A stretch of 64,000 nucleotides of DNA from Auanema rhodensis (taxonomy: Eukaryota > Animalia > Nematoda), in the NCBI GenBank assembly GCA_964057225.1, contig OZ059894.1, forward strand, positions 18,910,001 to 18,974,000, read 5' to 3'. Numbering within the stretch: position 1 is the stretch's first letter; each line of letters begins with the position of its first letter. Below the pieces are notes generated by a model that worked only from the letters and a program-made list of their open reading frames with translations, had not been told where the DNA came from and did no database searches. Positions 1-12,300 of the stretch are shown here, piece by piece. Position numbers and translations under genes: made by a program.

Positions 1-30
1 TATAAGTGTGAACTTATATCAGTTGATATC

Positions 31-97
31 TCGGTGCATTTTTAAGCTAGCGCAAATCTGATAACACAGATCGACGCAGCTTAAAAATCCGCATCGA
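31..97. other. Long imperfect inverted repeat present in every full monomer
   Basis: ATTTTTAAGCT (38-48) / AGCTTAAAAAT (78-88) perfect 11 bp. Inner GCG/CGC (50-52/75-77) and ATCTG/CAGAT (56-60/67-71). Outer TCGGTGC/GCATCGA (31-37/91-97, one G-T). Confidence 0.9.
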
Positions 98-171
98 ATG
101 CACTATACTACATTGAGAAACGCTTAATACAAAAATTAGTTATGATCGTTTGAAAAATGATGCATTAGTGT

Positions 172-199
172 ATGTTGAGTTTCCATGTACACTCAACAT
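172..199. other. 9-bp perfect inverted repeat with 10-nt spacer, in every full monomer
   Basis: ATGTTGAGT (172-180) TTCCATGTAC ACTCAACAT (191-199). Confidence 0.92.
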
Positions 200-212
200 T
201 GCTTCCAAAAAC

Positions 213-247
213 ATTTTGAGAAAAATTTTTTCGAAAAATTTCAAAAT
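213..247. other. A/T-tract palindrome centred on TTCGAA
   Basis: TTTTTCGAAAAA perfect 12-bp palindrome (227-238), flanked by ATTTTGA (213-219) / TCAAAAT (241-247). Confidence 0.85.
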
Positions 248-349
248 AATTTAGCAAAAAGTAGATGTTTTTAGATTCCTTTTTTCAAGGCAAAGACGAT
301 GGACAATGTTATTCAACGAAAAAAATAATTCTTCAGGGTGAAAATCGAG

Positions 350-371
350 GATATAAGTGTGAACTTATATC
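350..371. other. 9-bp perfect inverted repeat with 4-nt loop spanning each monomer junction
   Basis: GATATAAGT (350-358) GTGA ACTTATATC (363-371). Confidence 0.92.
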
Positions 372-3300
372 AGTTGATATCTCGGTGCATTTTTAAGCTA
401 GCGCAAATCTGTTAACACAGATCGACGCAGCTTAAAAATCCGCATCGAATGCACTATACTACATTGAGAAACGCTTAATACAAAAATTAGTTATGATCGT
501 TTGAAAAATGATGCATTAGTGTATGTTGAGTTTCCATGTACACTCAACATTGCTTCCAAAAACATTTTGACAAAAATTTTTTCGAAAAATTTCAGAATAA
601 TTTAGCGAAAAGTAGATGTTTTTAGATTCTTTTTCTCAAGGCAAAAACGATGGACAATGTTATTCAACGAAAAATTTAATTCTTCAGGGTGAAAATTGAG
701 GATATAAGTGTGAACTTATATCAGTTGATATCTCGGTGCATTTTTAAGCTAGCGCAAATCTGTTAACACAGATCAACGCAGCTTAAAAATCCGCATCGAA
801 TGCACTATACTACATTGAGAAACGCTTAATACAAAAATTAGTTATGATCGTTTGAAAAATGATGCATTAGTGTATGTTGAGTTTCCATGTACACTCAACA
901 TTGCTTCCAAAAACATTTTGACAAAAATTTTTTCGAAAAATTTCAAAATAATTTAGCAAAAAGTAGATGTTTTTAGATTCCTTTTTTCAAGGCAAAGACG
1001 ATGGACAATGTTATTCAACGAAAAAATTAATTCTTCAGGGTGAAAATCGAGGATATAAGTGTGAACTTATATCAGTTGATATCTCGGTGCATTTTTAAGC
1101 TAGCGCAAATCTGATAACACAGATCGACGCAGCTTAAAAATCCGCATCGAATGCACTATACTACATTGAGAAACGCTTAATACAAAAATTAGTTATGATC
1201 GTTTGAAAAATGATGCATTAGTGTATGTTGAGTTTCCATGTACACTCAACATTGCTTCCAAAAACATTTTGACAAAAATTTTTTCGAAAAATTTCAAAAT
1301 AATTTAGCAAAAAGTAGATGTTTTTAGATTCCTTTTTTCAAGGCAAAGACGATGGACAATGTTATTCAACGAAAAAAATAATTCTTCAGGGTGAAAATCG
1401 AGGATATAAGTGTGAACTTATATCAGTTGATATCTCGGTGCATTTTTAAGCTAGCGCAAATCTGATAACACAGATCGACGCAGCTTAAAAATCCGCATCG
1501 AATGCACTATACTACATTGAGAAACGCTTAATACAAAAATTAGTTATGATCGTTTGAAAAATGATGCATTAGTGTATGTTGAGTTTCCATGTACACTCAA
1601 CATTGCTTCCAAAAACATTTTGACAAAAATTTTTTCGAAAAATTTCAAAATAATTTAGCAAAAAGTAGATGTTTTTAGATTCCTTTTTTCAAGGCAAAGA
1701 CGATGGACAATGTTATTCAACGAAAAAAATAATTCTTCAGGGTGAAAATCGAGGATATAAGTGTGAACTTATATCAGTTGATATCTCGGTGCATTTTTAA
1801 GCTAGCGCAAATCTGATAACACAGATCGACGCAGCTTAAAAATCCGCATCGAATGCACTATACTACATTGAGAAACGCTTAATACAAAAATTAGTTATGA
1901 TCGTTTGAAAAATGATGCATTAGTGTATGTTGAGTTTCCATGTACACTCAACATTGCTTCCAAAAACATTTTGACAAAAATTTTTTCGAAAAATTTCAAA
2001 ATAATTTAGCGAAAAGTAGATGTTTTTAGATTCTTTTTTTCAAGGCAAAAACGATGGACAATGTTATTCAACGAAAAATTTAATTCTTCAGGGTGAAAAT
2101 CGAGGATATAAGTGTGAACTTATATCAGTTGATATCTCGGTGCATTTTTAAGCTAGCGCAAATCTGTTAACACAGATCGACGCAGCTTAAAAATCCGCAT
2201 CGAATGCACTATACTACATTGAGAAACGCTTAATACAAAAATTAGTTATGATCGTTTGAAAAATGATGCATTAGTGTATGTTGAGTTTCCATGTACACTC
2301 AACATTGCTTCCAAAAACATTTTGACAAAAATTTTTTCGAAAAATTTCAAAATAATTTAGCAAAAAGTAGATGTTTTTAGATTCCTTTTTTCAAGGCAAA
2401 GACGATGGACAATGTTATTCAACGAAAAAAATAATTCTTCAGGGTGAAAATCGAGGATATAAGTGTGAACTTATATCAGTTGATATCTCGGTGCATTTTT
2501 AAGCTAGCGCAAATCTGATAACACAGATCGACGCAGCTTAAAAATCCGCATCGAATGCACTATACTACATTGAGAAACGCTTAATACAAAAATTAGTTAT
2601 GATCGTTTGAAAAATGATGCATTAGTGTATGTTGAGTTTCCATGTACACTCAACATTGCTTCCAAAAACATTTTGACAAAAATTTTTTCGAAAAATTTCA
2701 AAATAATTTAGCAAAAAGTAGATGTTTTTAGATTCCTTTTTTCAAGGCAAAGACGATGGACAATGTTATTCAACGAAAAAAATAATTCTTCAGGGTGAAA
2801 ATCGAGGATATAAGTGTGAACTTATATCAGTTGATATCTCGGTGCATTTTTAAGCTAGCGCAAATCTGATAACACAGATCGACGCAGCTTAAAAATCCGC
2901 ATCGAATGCACTATACTACATTGAGAAACGCTTAATACAAAAATTAGTTATGATCGTTTGAAAAATGATGCATTAGTGTATGTTGAGTTTCCATGTACAC
3001 TCAACATTGCTTCCAAAAACATTTTGACAAAAATTTTTTCGAAAAATTTCAAAATAATTTAGCAAAAAGTAGATGTTTTTAGATTCCTTTTTTCAAGGCA
3101 AAGACGATGGACAATGTTATTCAACGAAAAAAATAATTCTTCAGGGTGAAAATCGAGGATATAAGTGTGAACTTATATCAGTTGATATCTCGGTGCATTT
3201 TTAAGCTAGCGCAAATCTGATAACACAGATCGACGCAGCTTAAAAATCCGCATCGAATGCACTATACTACATTGAAAAACGCTTAATACAAAAATTAGTT

Positions 3301-6300
3301 ATGATCGTTTGAAAAATGATGCATTAGTGTATGTTGAGTTTCCATGTACACTCAACATTGCTTCCAAAAACATTTTGACAAAAATTTTTTCGAAAAATTT
3401 CAAAATAATTTAGCAAAAAGTAGATGTTTTTGGATTCCTTTTTTCAAGGCAAAGACGATGGACAATGTTATTCAACGAAAAAAATAATTCTTCAGGGTGA
3501 AAATCGAGGATATAAGTGTGAACTTATATCAGTTGATATCTCGGTGCATTTTTAAGCTAGCGCAAATCTGATAACACAGATCGACGCAGCTTAAAAATCC
3601 GCATCGAATGCACTATACTACATTGAGAAACGCTTAATACAAAAATTAGTTATGATCGTTTGAAAAATGATGCATTAGTGTATGTTGAGTTTCCATGTAC
3701 ACTCAACATTGCTTCCAAAAACATTTTGACAAAAATTTTTTCGAAAAATTTCAAAATAATTTAGCAAAAAGTAGATGTTTTTGGATTCCTTTTTTCAAGG
3801 CAAAGACGATGGACAATGTTATTCAACGAAAAAAATAATTCTTCAGGGTGAAAATCGAGGATATAAGTGTGAACTTATATCAGTTGATATCTCGGTGCAT
3901 TTTTAAGTTAGCGCAAATCTGATAACACAGATCGACGCAGCTTAAAAATCCGCATCGAATGCACTATACTACATTGAGAAACGCTTAATACAAAAATTAG
4001 TTATGATCGTTTGAAAAATGATGCATTAGTGTATGTTGAGTTTCCATGTACACTCAACATTGCTTCCAAAAACATTTTGAGAAAAATTTTTTCGAAAAAT
4101 TTCAGAATAATTTAGCGAAAAGTAGATGTTTTTAGATTCTTTTTCTCAAGGCAAAAACGATGGACAATGTTATTCAACGAAAAATTTAATTCTTCAGGGT
4201 GAAAATTGAGGATATAAGTGTGAACTTATATCAGTTGATATCTCGGTGCATTTTTAAGCTAGCGCAAATCTGTTAACACAGATCGACGCAGCTTAAAAAT
4301 CCGCATCGAATGCACTATACTACATTGAGAAACGCTTAATACAAAAATTAGTTATGATCGTTTGAAAAATGATGCATTAGTGTATGTTGAGTTTCCATGT
4401 ACACTCAACATTGCTTCCAAAAACATTTTGACAAAAATTTTTTCGAAAAATTTCAGAATAATTTAGCGAAAAGTAGATGTTTTTAGATTCTTTTTCTCAA
4501 GGCAAAAACGATGGACAATGTTATTCAACGAAAAATTTAATTCTTCAGGGTGAAAATTGAGGATATAAGTGTGAACTTATATCAGTTGATATCTCGGTGC
4601 ATTTTTAAGCTAGCGCAAATCTGTTAACACAGATCAACGCAGCTTAAAAATCCGCATCGAATGCACTATACTACATTGAGAAACGCTTAATACAAAAATT
4701 AGTTATGATCGTTTGAAAAATGATGCATTAGTGTATGTTGAGTTTCCATGTACACTCAACATTGCTTCCAAAAACATTTTGACAAAAATTTTTTCGAAAA
4801 ATTTCAGAATAATTTAGCGAAAAGTAGATGTTTTTAGATTCTTTTTCTCAAGGCAAAAACGATGGACAATGTTATTCAACGAAAAATTTAATTCTTCAGG
4901 GTGAAAATTGAGGATATAAGTGTGAACTTATATCAGTTGATATCTCGGTGCATTTTTAAGCTAGCGCAAATCTGTTAACACAGATCAACGCAGCTTAAAA
5001 ATCCGCATCGAATGCACTATACTACATTGAGAAACGCTTAATACAAAAATTAGTTATGATCGTTTGAAAAATGATGCATTAGTGTATGTTGAGTTTCCAT
5101 GTACACTCAACATTGCTTCCAAAAACATTTTGACAAAAATTTTTTCGAAAAATTTCATAATAATTTAGCAAAAAGTAGATGTTTTTAGATTCCTTTTTTC
5201 AAGGCAAAGACGATGGACAATGTTATTCAACGAAAAAATTAATTCTTCAGGGTGAAAATCGAGGATATAAGTGTGAACTTATATCAGTTGATATCTCGGT
5301 GCATTTTTAAGCTAGCGCAAATCTGATAACACAGATCGACGCAGCTTAAAAATCCGCATCGAATGCACTATACTACATTGAGAAACGCTTAATACAAAAA
5401 TTAGTTATGATCGTTTGAAAAATGATGCATTAGTGTATGTTGAGTTTCCATGTACACTCAACATTGCTTCCAAAAACATTTTGACAAAAATTTTTTCGAA
5501 AAATTTCAAAATAATTTAGCAAAAAGTAGATGTTTTTAGATTCCTTTTTTCAAGGCAAAAACGATGGACAATGTTATTCAACGAAAAAAATAATTCTTCA
5601 GGGTGAAAATCGAGGATATAAGTGTGAACTTATATCAGTTGATATCTCGGTGCATTTTTAAGCTAGCGCAAATCTGATAACACAGATCGACGCAGCTTAA
5701 AAATCCGCATCGAATGCACTATACTACATTGAGAAACGCTTAATACAAAAATTAGTTATGATCGTTTGAAAAATGATGCATTAGTGTATGTTGAGTTTCC
5801 ATGTACACTCAACATTGCTTCCAAAAACATTTTGACAAAAATTTTTTCGAAAAATTTCAAAATAATTTAGCAAAAAGTAGATGTTTTTAGATTCCTTTTT
5901 TCAAGGTAAAGACGATGGACAATGTTATTCAACGAAAAAAATAATTCTTCAGGGTGAAAATCGAGGATGTAAGTGTGAACTTATATCAGTTGATATCTCG
6001 GTGCATTTTTAAGCTAGCGCAAATCTGATAACACAGATCGACGCAGCTTAAAAATCCGCATCGAATGCACTATACTACATTGAGAAACGCTTAATACAAA
6101 AATTAGTTATGATCGTTTAAAAAATGATGCATTAGTGTATGTTGAGTTTCCATGTACACTCAACATTGCTTCCAAAAACATTTTGACAAAAATTTTTTCG
6201 AAAAATTTCAAAATAATTTAGCAAAAAGTAGATGTTTTTAGATTCCTTTTTTCAAGGCAAAGACGATGGACAATGTTATTCAACGAAAAAAATAATTCTT

Positions 6301-9300
6301 CAGGGTGAAAATCGAGGATATAAGTGTGAACTTATATCAGTTGATATCTCGGTGCATTTTTAAGCTAGCGCAAATCTGATAACACAGATCGACGCAGCTT
6401 AAAAATCCGCATCGAATGCACTATACTACATTGAAAAACGCTTAATACAAAAAGTAGTTATGATCGTTTGAAAAATGATGCATTAGTGTATGTTGAGTTT
6501 CCATGTACACTCAACATTGCTTCCAAAAACATTTTGACAAAAATTTTTTCGAAAAATTTCAAAATAATTTAGCAAAAAGTAGATGTTTTTGGATTCCTTT
6601 TTTCAAGGCAAAGACGATGGACAATGTTATTCAACGAAAAAAATAATTCTTCAGGGTGAAAATCGAGGATATAAGTGTGAACTTATATCAGTTGATATCT
6701 CGGTGCATTTTTAAGCTAGCGCAAATCTGATAACACAGATCGACGCAGCTTAAAAATCCGCATCGAATGCACTATACTACATTGAGAAACGCTTAATACA
6801 AAAATTAGTTATGATCGTTTGAAAAATGATGCATTAGTGTATGTTGAGTTTCCATGTACACTCAACATTGCTTCCAAAAACATTTTGACAAAAATTTTTT
6901 CGAAAAATTTCAGAATAATTTAGCGAAAAGTAGATGTTTTTAGATTCTTTTTCTCAAGGCAAAAACGATGGACAATGTTATTCAACGAAAAATTTAATTC
7001 TTCAGGGTGAAAATTGAGGATATAAGTGTGAACTTATATCAGTTGATATCTCGGTGCATTTGTAAGCTAGCGCAAATCTGTTAACACAGATCGACGCAGC
7101 TTAAAAATCCGCATCGAATGCACTATACTACATTGAGAAACGCTTAATACAAAAATTAGTTATGATCGTTTGAAAAATGATGCATTAGTGTATGTTGAGT
7201 TTCCATGTACACTCAACATTGCTTCCAAAAACATTTTGACAAAAATTTTTTCGAAAAATTTCAGAATAATTTAGCGAAAAGTAGATGTTTTTAGATTCTT
7301 TTTCTCAAGGCAAAAACGATGGACAATGTTATTCAACGAAAAATTTAATTCTTCAGGGTGAAAATTGAGGATATAAGTGTGAACTTATATCAGTTGATAT
7401 CTCGGTGCATTTTTAAGCTAGCGCAAATCTGTTAACACAGATCAACGCAGCTTAAAAATCCGCATCGAATGCACTATACTACATTGAGAAACGCTTAATA
7501 CAAAAATTAGTTATGATCGTTTGAAAAATGATGCATTAGTGTATGTTGAGTTTCCATGTACACTCAACATTGCTTCCAAAAACATTTTGACAAAAATTTT
7601 TTCGAAAAATTTCATAATAATTTAGCAAAAAGTAGATGTTTTTAGATTCCTTTTTTCAAGGCAAAGACGATGGACAATGTTATTCAACGAAAAAATTAAT
7701 TCTTCAGGGTGAAAATCGAGGATATAAGTGTGAACTTATATCAGTTGATATCTCGGTGCATTTTTAAGCTAGCGCAAATCTGATAACACAGATCGACGCA
7801 GCTTAAAAATCCGCATCGAATGCACTATACTACATTGAGAAACGCTTAATACAAAAATTAGTTATGATCGTTTGAAAAATGATGCATTAGTGTATGTTGA
7901 GTTTCCATGTACACTCAACATTGCTTCCAAAAACATTTTGAGAAAAATTTTTTCGAAAAATTTCAGAATAATTTAGCGAAAAGTAGATGTTTTTAGATTC
8001 TTTTTCTCAAGGCAAAAACGATGGACAATGTTATTCAACGAAAAATTTAATTCTTCAGGGTGAAAATTGAGGATATAAGTGTGAACTTATATCAGTTGAT
8101 ATCTCGGTGCATTTTTAAGCTAGCGCAAATCTGTTAACACAGATCGACGCAGCTTAAAAATCCGCATCGAATGCACTATACTACATTGAGAAACGCTTAA
8201 TACAAAAATTAGTTATGATCGTTTGAAAAATGATGCATTAGTGTATGTTGAGTTTCCATGTACACTCAACATTGCTTCCAAAAACATTTTGACAAAAATT
8301 TTTTCGAAAAATTTCAGAATAATTTAGCGAAAAGTAGATGTTTTTAGATTCTTTTTCTCAAGGCAAAAACGATGGACAATGTTATTCAACGAAAAATTTA
8401 ATTCTTCAGGGTGAAAATTGAGGATATAAGTGTGAACTTATATCAGTTGATATCTCGGTGCATTTTTAAGCTAGCGCAAATCTGTTAACACAGATCAACG
8501 CAGCTTAAAAATCCGCATCGAATGCACTATACTACATTGAGAAACGCTTAATACAAAAATTAGTTATGATCGTTTGAAAAATGATGCATTAGTGTATGTT
8601 GAGTTTCCATGTACACTCAACATTGCTTCCAAAAACATTTTGACAAAAATTTTTTCGAAAAATTTCATAATAATTTAGCAAAAAGTAGATGTTTTTAGAT
8701 TCCTTTTTTCAAGGCAAAGACGATGGACAATGTTATTCAACGAAAAAATTAATTCTTCAGGGTGAAAATCGAGGATATAAGTGTGAACTTATATCAGTTG
8801 ATATCTCGGTGCATTTTTAAGCTAGCGCAAATCTGATAACACAGATCGACGCAGCTTAAAAATCCGCATCGAATGCACTATACTACATTGAGAAACGCTT
8901 AATACAAAAATTAGTTATGATCGTTTGAAAAATGATGCATTAGTGTATGTTGAGTTTCCATGTACACTCAACATTGCTTCCAAAAACATTTTGACAAAAA
9001 TTTTTTCGAAAAATTTCAAAATAATTTAGCAAAAAGTAGATGTTTTTAGATTCCTTTTTTCAAGGCAAAAACGATGGACAATGTTATTCAACGAAAAAAA
9101 TAATTCTTCAGGGTGAAAATCGAGGATATAAGTGTGAACTTATATCAGTTGATATCTCGGTGCATTTTTAAGCTAGCGCAAATCTGATAACACAGATCGA
9201 CGCAGCTTAAAAATCCGCATCGAATGCACTATACTACATTGAGAAACGCTTAATACAAAAATTAGTTATGATCGTTTGAAAAATGATGCATTAGTGTATG

Positions 9301-12300
9301 TTGAGTTTCCATGTACACTCAACATTGCTTCCAAAAACATTTTGACAAAAATTTTTTCGAAAAATTTCAAAATAATTTAGCAAAAAGTAGATGTTTTTAG
9401 ATTCCTTTTTTCAAGGCAAAGACGATGGACAATGTTATTCAACGAAAAAAATAATTCTTCAGGGTGAAAATCGAGGATATAAGTGTGAACTTATATCAGT
9501 TGATATCTCGGTGCATTTTTAAGCTAGCGCAAATCTGATAACACAGATCGACGCAGCTTAAAAATCCGCATCGAATGCACTATACTACATTGAGAAACGC
9601 TTAATACAAAAATTAGTTATGATCGTTTGAAAAATGATGCATTAGTGTATGTTGAGTTTCCATGTACACTCAACATTGCTTCCAAAAACATTTTGACAAA
9701 AATTTTTTCGAAAAATTTCAAAATAATTTAGCGAAAAGTAGATGTTTTTAGATTCTTTTTTTCAAGGCAAAAACGATGGACAATGTTATTCAACGAAAAA
9801 TTTAATTCTTCAGGGTGAAAATCGAGGATATAAGTGTGAACTTATATCAGTTGATATCTCGGTGCATTTTTAAGCTAGCGCAAATCTGATAACACAGATC
9901 GACGCAGCTTAAAAATCCGTATCGAATGCACTATACTACATTGAGAAACGCTTAATACAAAAATTAGTTATGATCGTTTGAAAAATGATGCATTAGTGTA
10001 TGTTGAGTTTCCATGTACACTCAACATTGCTTCCAAAAACATTTTGACAAAAATTTTTTCGAAAAATTTCAAAATAATTTAGCAAAAAGTAGATGTTTTT
10101 AGATTCCTTTTTTCAAGGCAAAGACGATGGACAACGTTATTCAACGAAAAAACTAATTCTTCAGGGTGAAAATCGAGGATATAAGTGTGAACTTATATCA
10201 GTTGATATCTCGGTGCATTTTTAAGCTAGCGCAAATCTGATAACACAGATCGACGCAGCTTAAAAATCCGCATCGAATGCACTATACTACATTGAGAAAC
10301 GCTTATTACAAAAATTAGTTATGATCGTTTGAAAAATGATGCATTAGTGTATGTTGAGTTTCCATGTACACTCAACATTGCTTCCAAAAACATTTTGACA
10401 AAAATTTTTTCGAAAATTTTCAAAATAATTTAGCAAAAAGTAGATGTTTTTAGATTCCTTTTTTCAAGGCAAAGACGATGGACAATGTTATTCAACGAAA
10501 AAATTAATTCTTCAGGGTGAATATCGAGGATGTAAGTGTGAACTTATATCAGTTGATATCTCGGTGCATTTTTAAGCTAGCGCAAATCTGATAACACAGA
10601 TCGACGCAGCTTAAAAATCCGCATCGAATGCACTATACTACATTGAGAAACGCTTAATACAAAAATTAGTTATGATCGTTTGAAAAATGATGCATTAGTG
10701 TATGTTGAGTTTCCATGTACACTCAACATTGCTTCCAAAAACATTTTGACAAAAATTTTTTCGAAAAATTTCAAAATAATTTAGCAAAAAGTAGATGTTT
10801 TTAGATTCCTTTTTTCAAGGCAAAGACGATGGACAATGTTATTCAACGAAAAAAATAATTCTTCAGGGTGAAAATCGAGGATATAAGTGTGAACTTATAT
10901 CAGTTGATATCTCGGTGCATTTTTAAGCTAGCGCAAATCTGATAACACAGATCGACGCAGCTTAAAAATCCGCATCGAATGCACTATACTACATTGAGAA
11001 ACGCTTAATACAAAAATTAGTTATGATCGTTTGAAAAATGATGCATTAGTGTATGTTGAGTTTCCATGTACACTCAACATTGCTTCCAAAAACATTTTGA
11101 CAAAAATTTTTTCGAAAAATTTCAAAATAATTTAGCGAAAAGTAGATGTTTTTAGATTCTTTTTTTCAAGGCAAAAACGATGGACAATGTTATTCAACGA
11201 AAAATTTAATTCTTCAGGGTGAAAATCGAGGATATAAGTGTGAACTTATATCAGTTGATATCTCGGTGCATTTTTAAGCTAGCGCAAATCTGATAACACA
11301 GATCGACGCAGCTTAAAAATCCGTATCGAATGCACTATACTACATTGAGAAACGCTTAATACAAAAATTAGTTATGATCGTTTGAAAAATGATGCATTAG
11401 TGTATGTTGAGTTTCCATGTACACTCAACATTGCTTCCAAAAACATTTTGACAAAAATTTTTTCGAAAATTTTCAAAATAATTTAGCAAAAAGTAGATGT
11501 TTTTAGATTCCTTTTTTCAAGGCAAAGACGATGGACAATGTTATTCAACGAAAAAATTAATTCTTCAGGGTGAATATCGAGGATGTAAGTGTGAACTTAT
11601 ATCAGTTGATATCTCGGTGCATTTTTAAGCTAGCGCAAATCTGATAACACAGATCGACGCAGCTTAAAAATCCGCATCGAATGCACTATACTACATTGAG
11701 AAACGCTTAATACAAAAATTAGTTATGATCGTTTGAAAAATGATGCATTAGTGTATGTTGAGTTTCCATGTACACTCAACATTGCTTCCAAAAACATTTT
11801 GACAAAAATTTTTTCGAAAATTTTCAAAATAATTTAGCAAAAAGTAGATGTTTTTAGATTCCTTTTTTCAAGGCAAAGACGATGGACAATGTTATTCAAC
11901 GAAAAAATTAATTCTTCAGGGTGAATATCGAGGATGTAAGTGTGAACTTATATCAGTTGATATCTCGGTGCATTTTTAAGCTAGCGCAAATCTGATAACA
12001 CAGATCGACGCAGCTTAAAAATCCGCATCGAATGCACTATACTACATTGAGAAACGCTTAATACAAAAATTAGTTATGATCGTTTGAAAAATGATGCATT
12101 AGTGTATGTTGAGTTTCCATGTACACTCAACATTGCTTCCAAAAACATTTTGACAAAAATTTTTTCGAAAAATTTCAAAATAATTTAGCAAAAAGTAGAT
12201 GTTTTTAGATTCCTTTTTTCAAGGCAAAGACGATGGACAATGTTATTCAACGAAAAAAATAATTCTTCAGGGTGAAAATCGAGGATATAAGTGTGAACTT

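Larger units (their letters stand above)
1..351 (+). repeat. Reference monomer (near consensus; carries minor variant C220G)
   Basis: 110 G+C in 351 bp (about 31% GC), 12 CpG, many A/T runs of 4-7 bp, stop codons in all six frames. Confidence 0.98.

Noticed and set aside
1-10. TATA-box promoter or terminator calls
   Set aside because: TATAAG and hairpins near T-runs are expected by chance in 69% AT DNA, and there is no associated gene.
207-295. Helically phased A-tract curvature
   Set aside because: Tracts are spaced about 9-14 bp apart, not a clean 10.5-bp phase; this needs curvature modelling.
280-340. Hammerhead ribozyme or retrozyme-type satellite (CUGAAGA on the minus strand at 336-330)
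   Set aside because: I could not build helix II closing onto a GAAA, or helices I and III, and G336C copies destroy the motif. An Infernal/Rfam scan of a dimer on both strands would be decisive.
1-351. Repeat-protein CDS (351 bp = 117 codons)
   Set aside because: Every monomer has stops in all six frames (plus strand: TAA 43-45, TGA 59-61, TAA 3-5; minus strand: complements of TCA 19-21, TTA 14-16, TTA 42-44). Frame-shifting variants also occur.
1-351. Drosophila 1.688 (359-bp) satellite, alpha satellite or canonical CENP-B box
   Set aside because: Similar size or AT content only; no sequence similarity that I can recognise.
1-351. 5S rDNA, tRNA, snRNA or spliced-leader tandem gene unit
   Set aside because: No recognisable conserved RNA gene sequence or cloverleaf.
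1-351. Internal ~175-bp dimer structure
   Set aside because: No convincing similarity between the two halves by eye.
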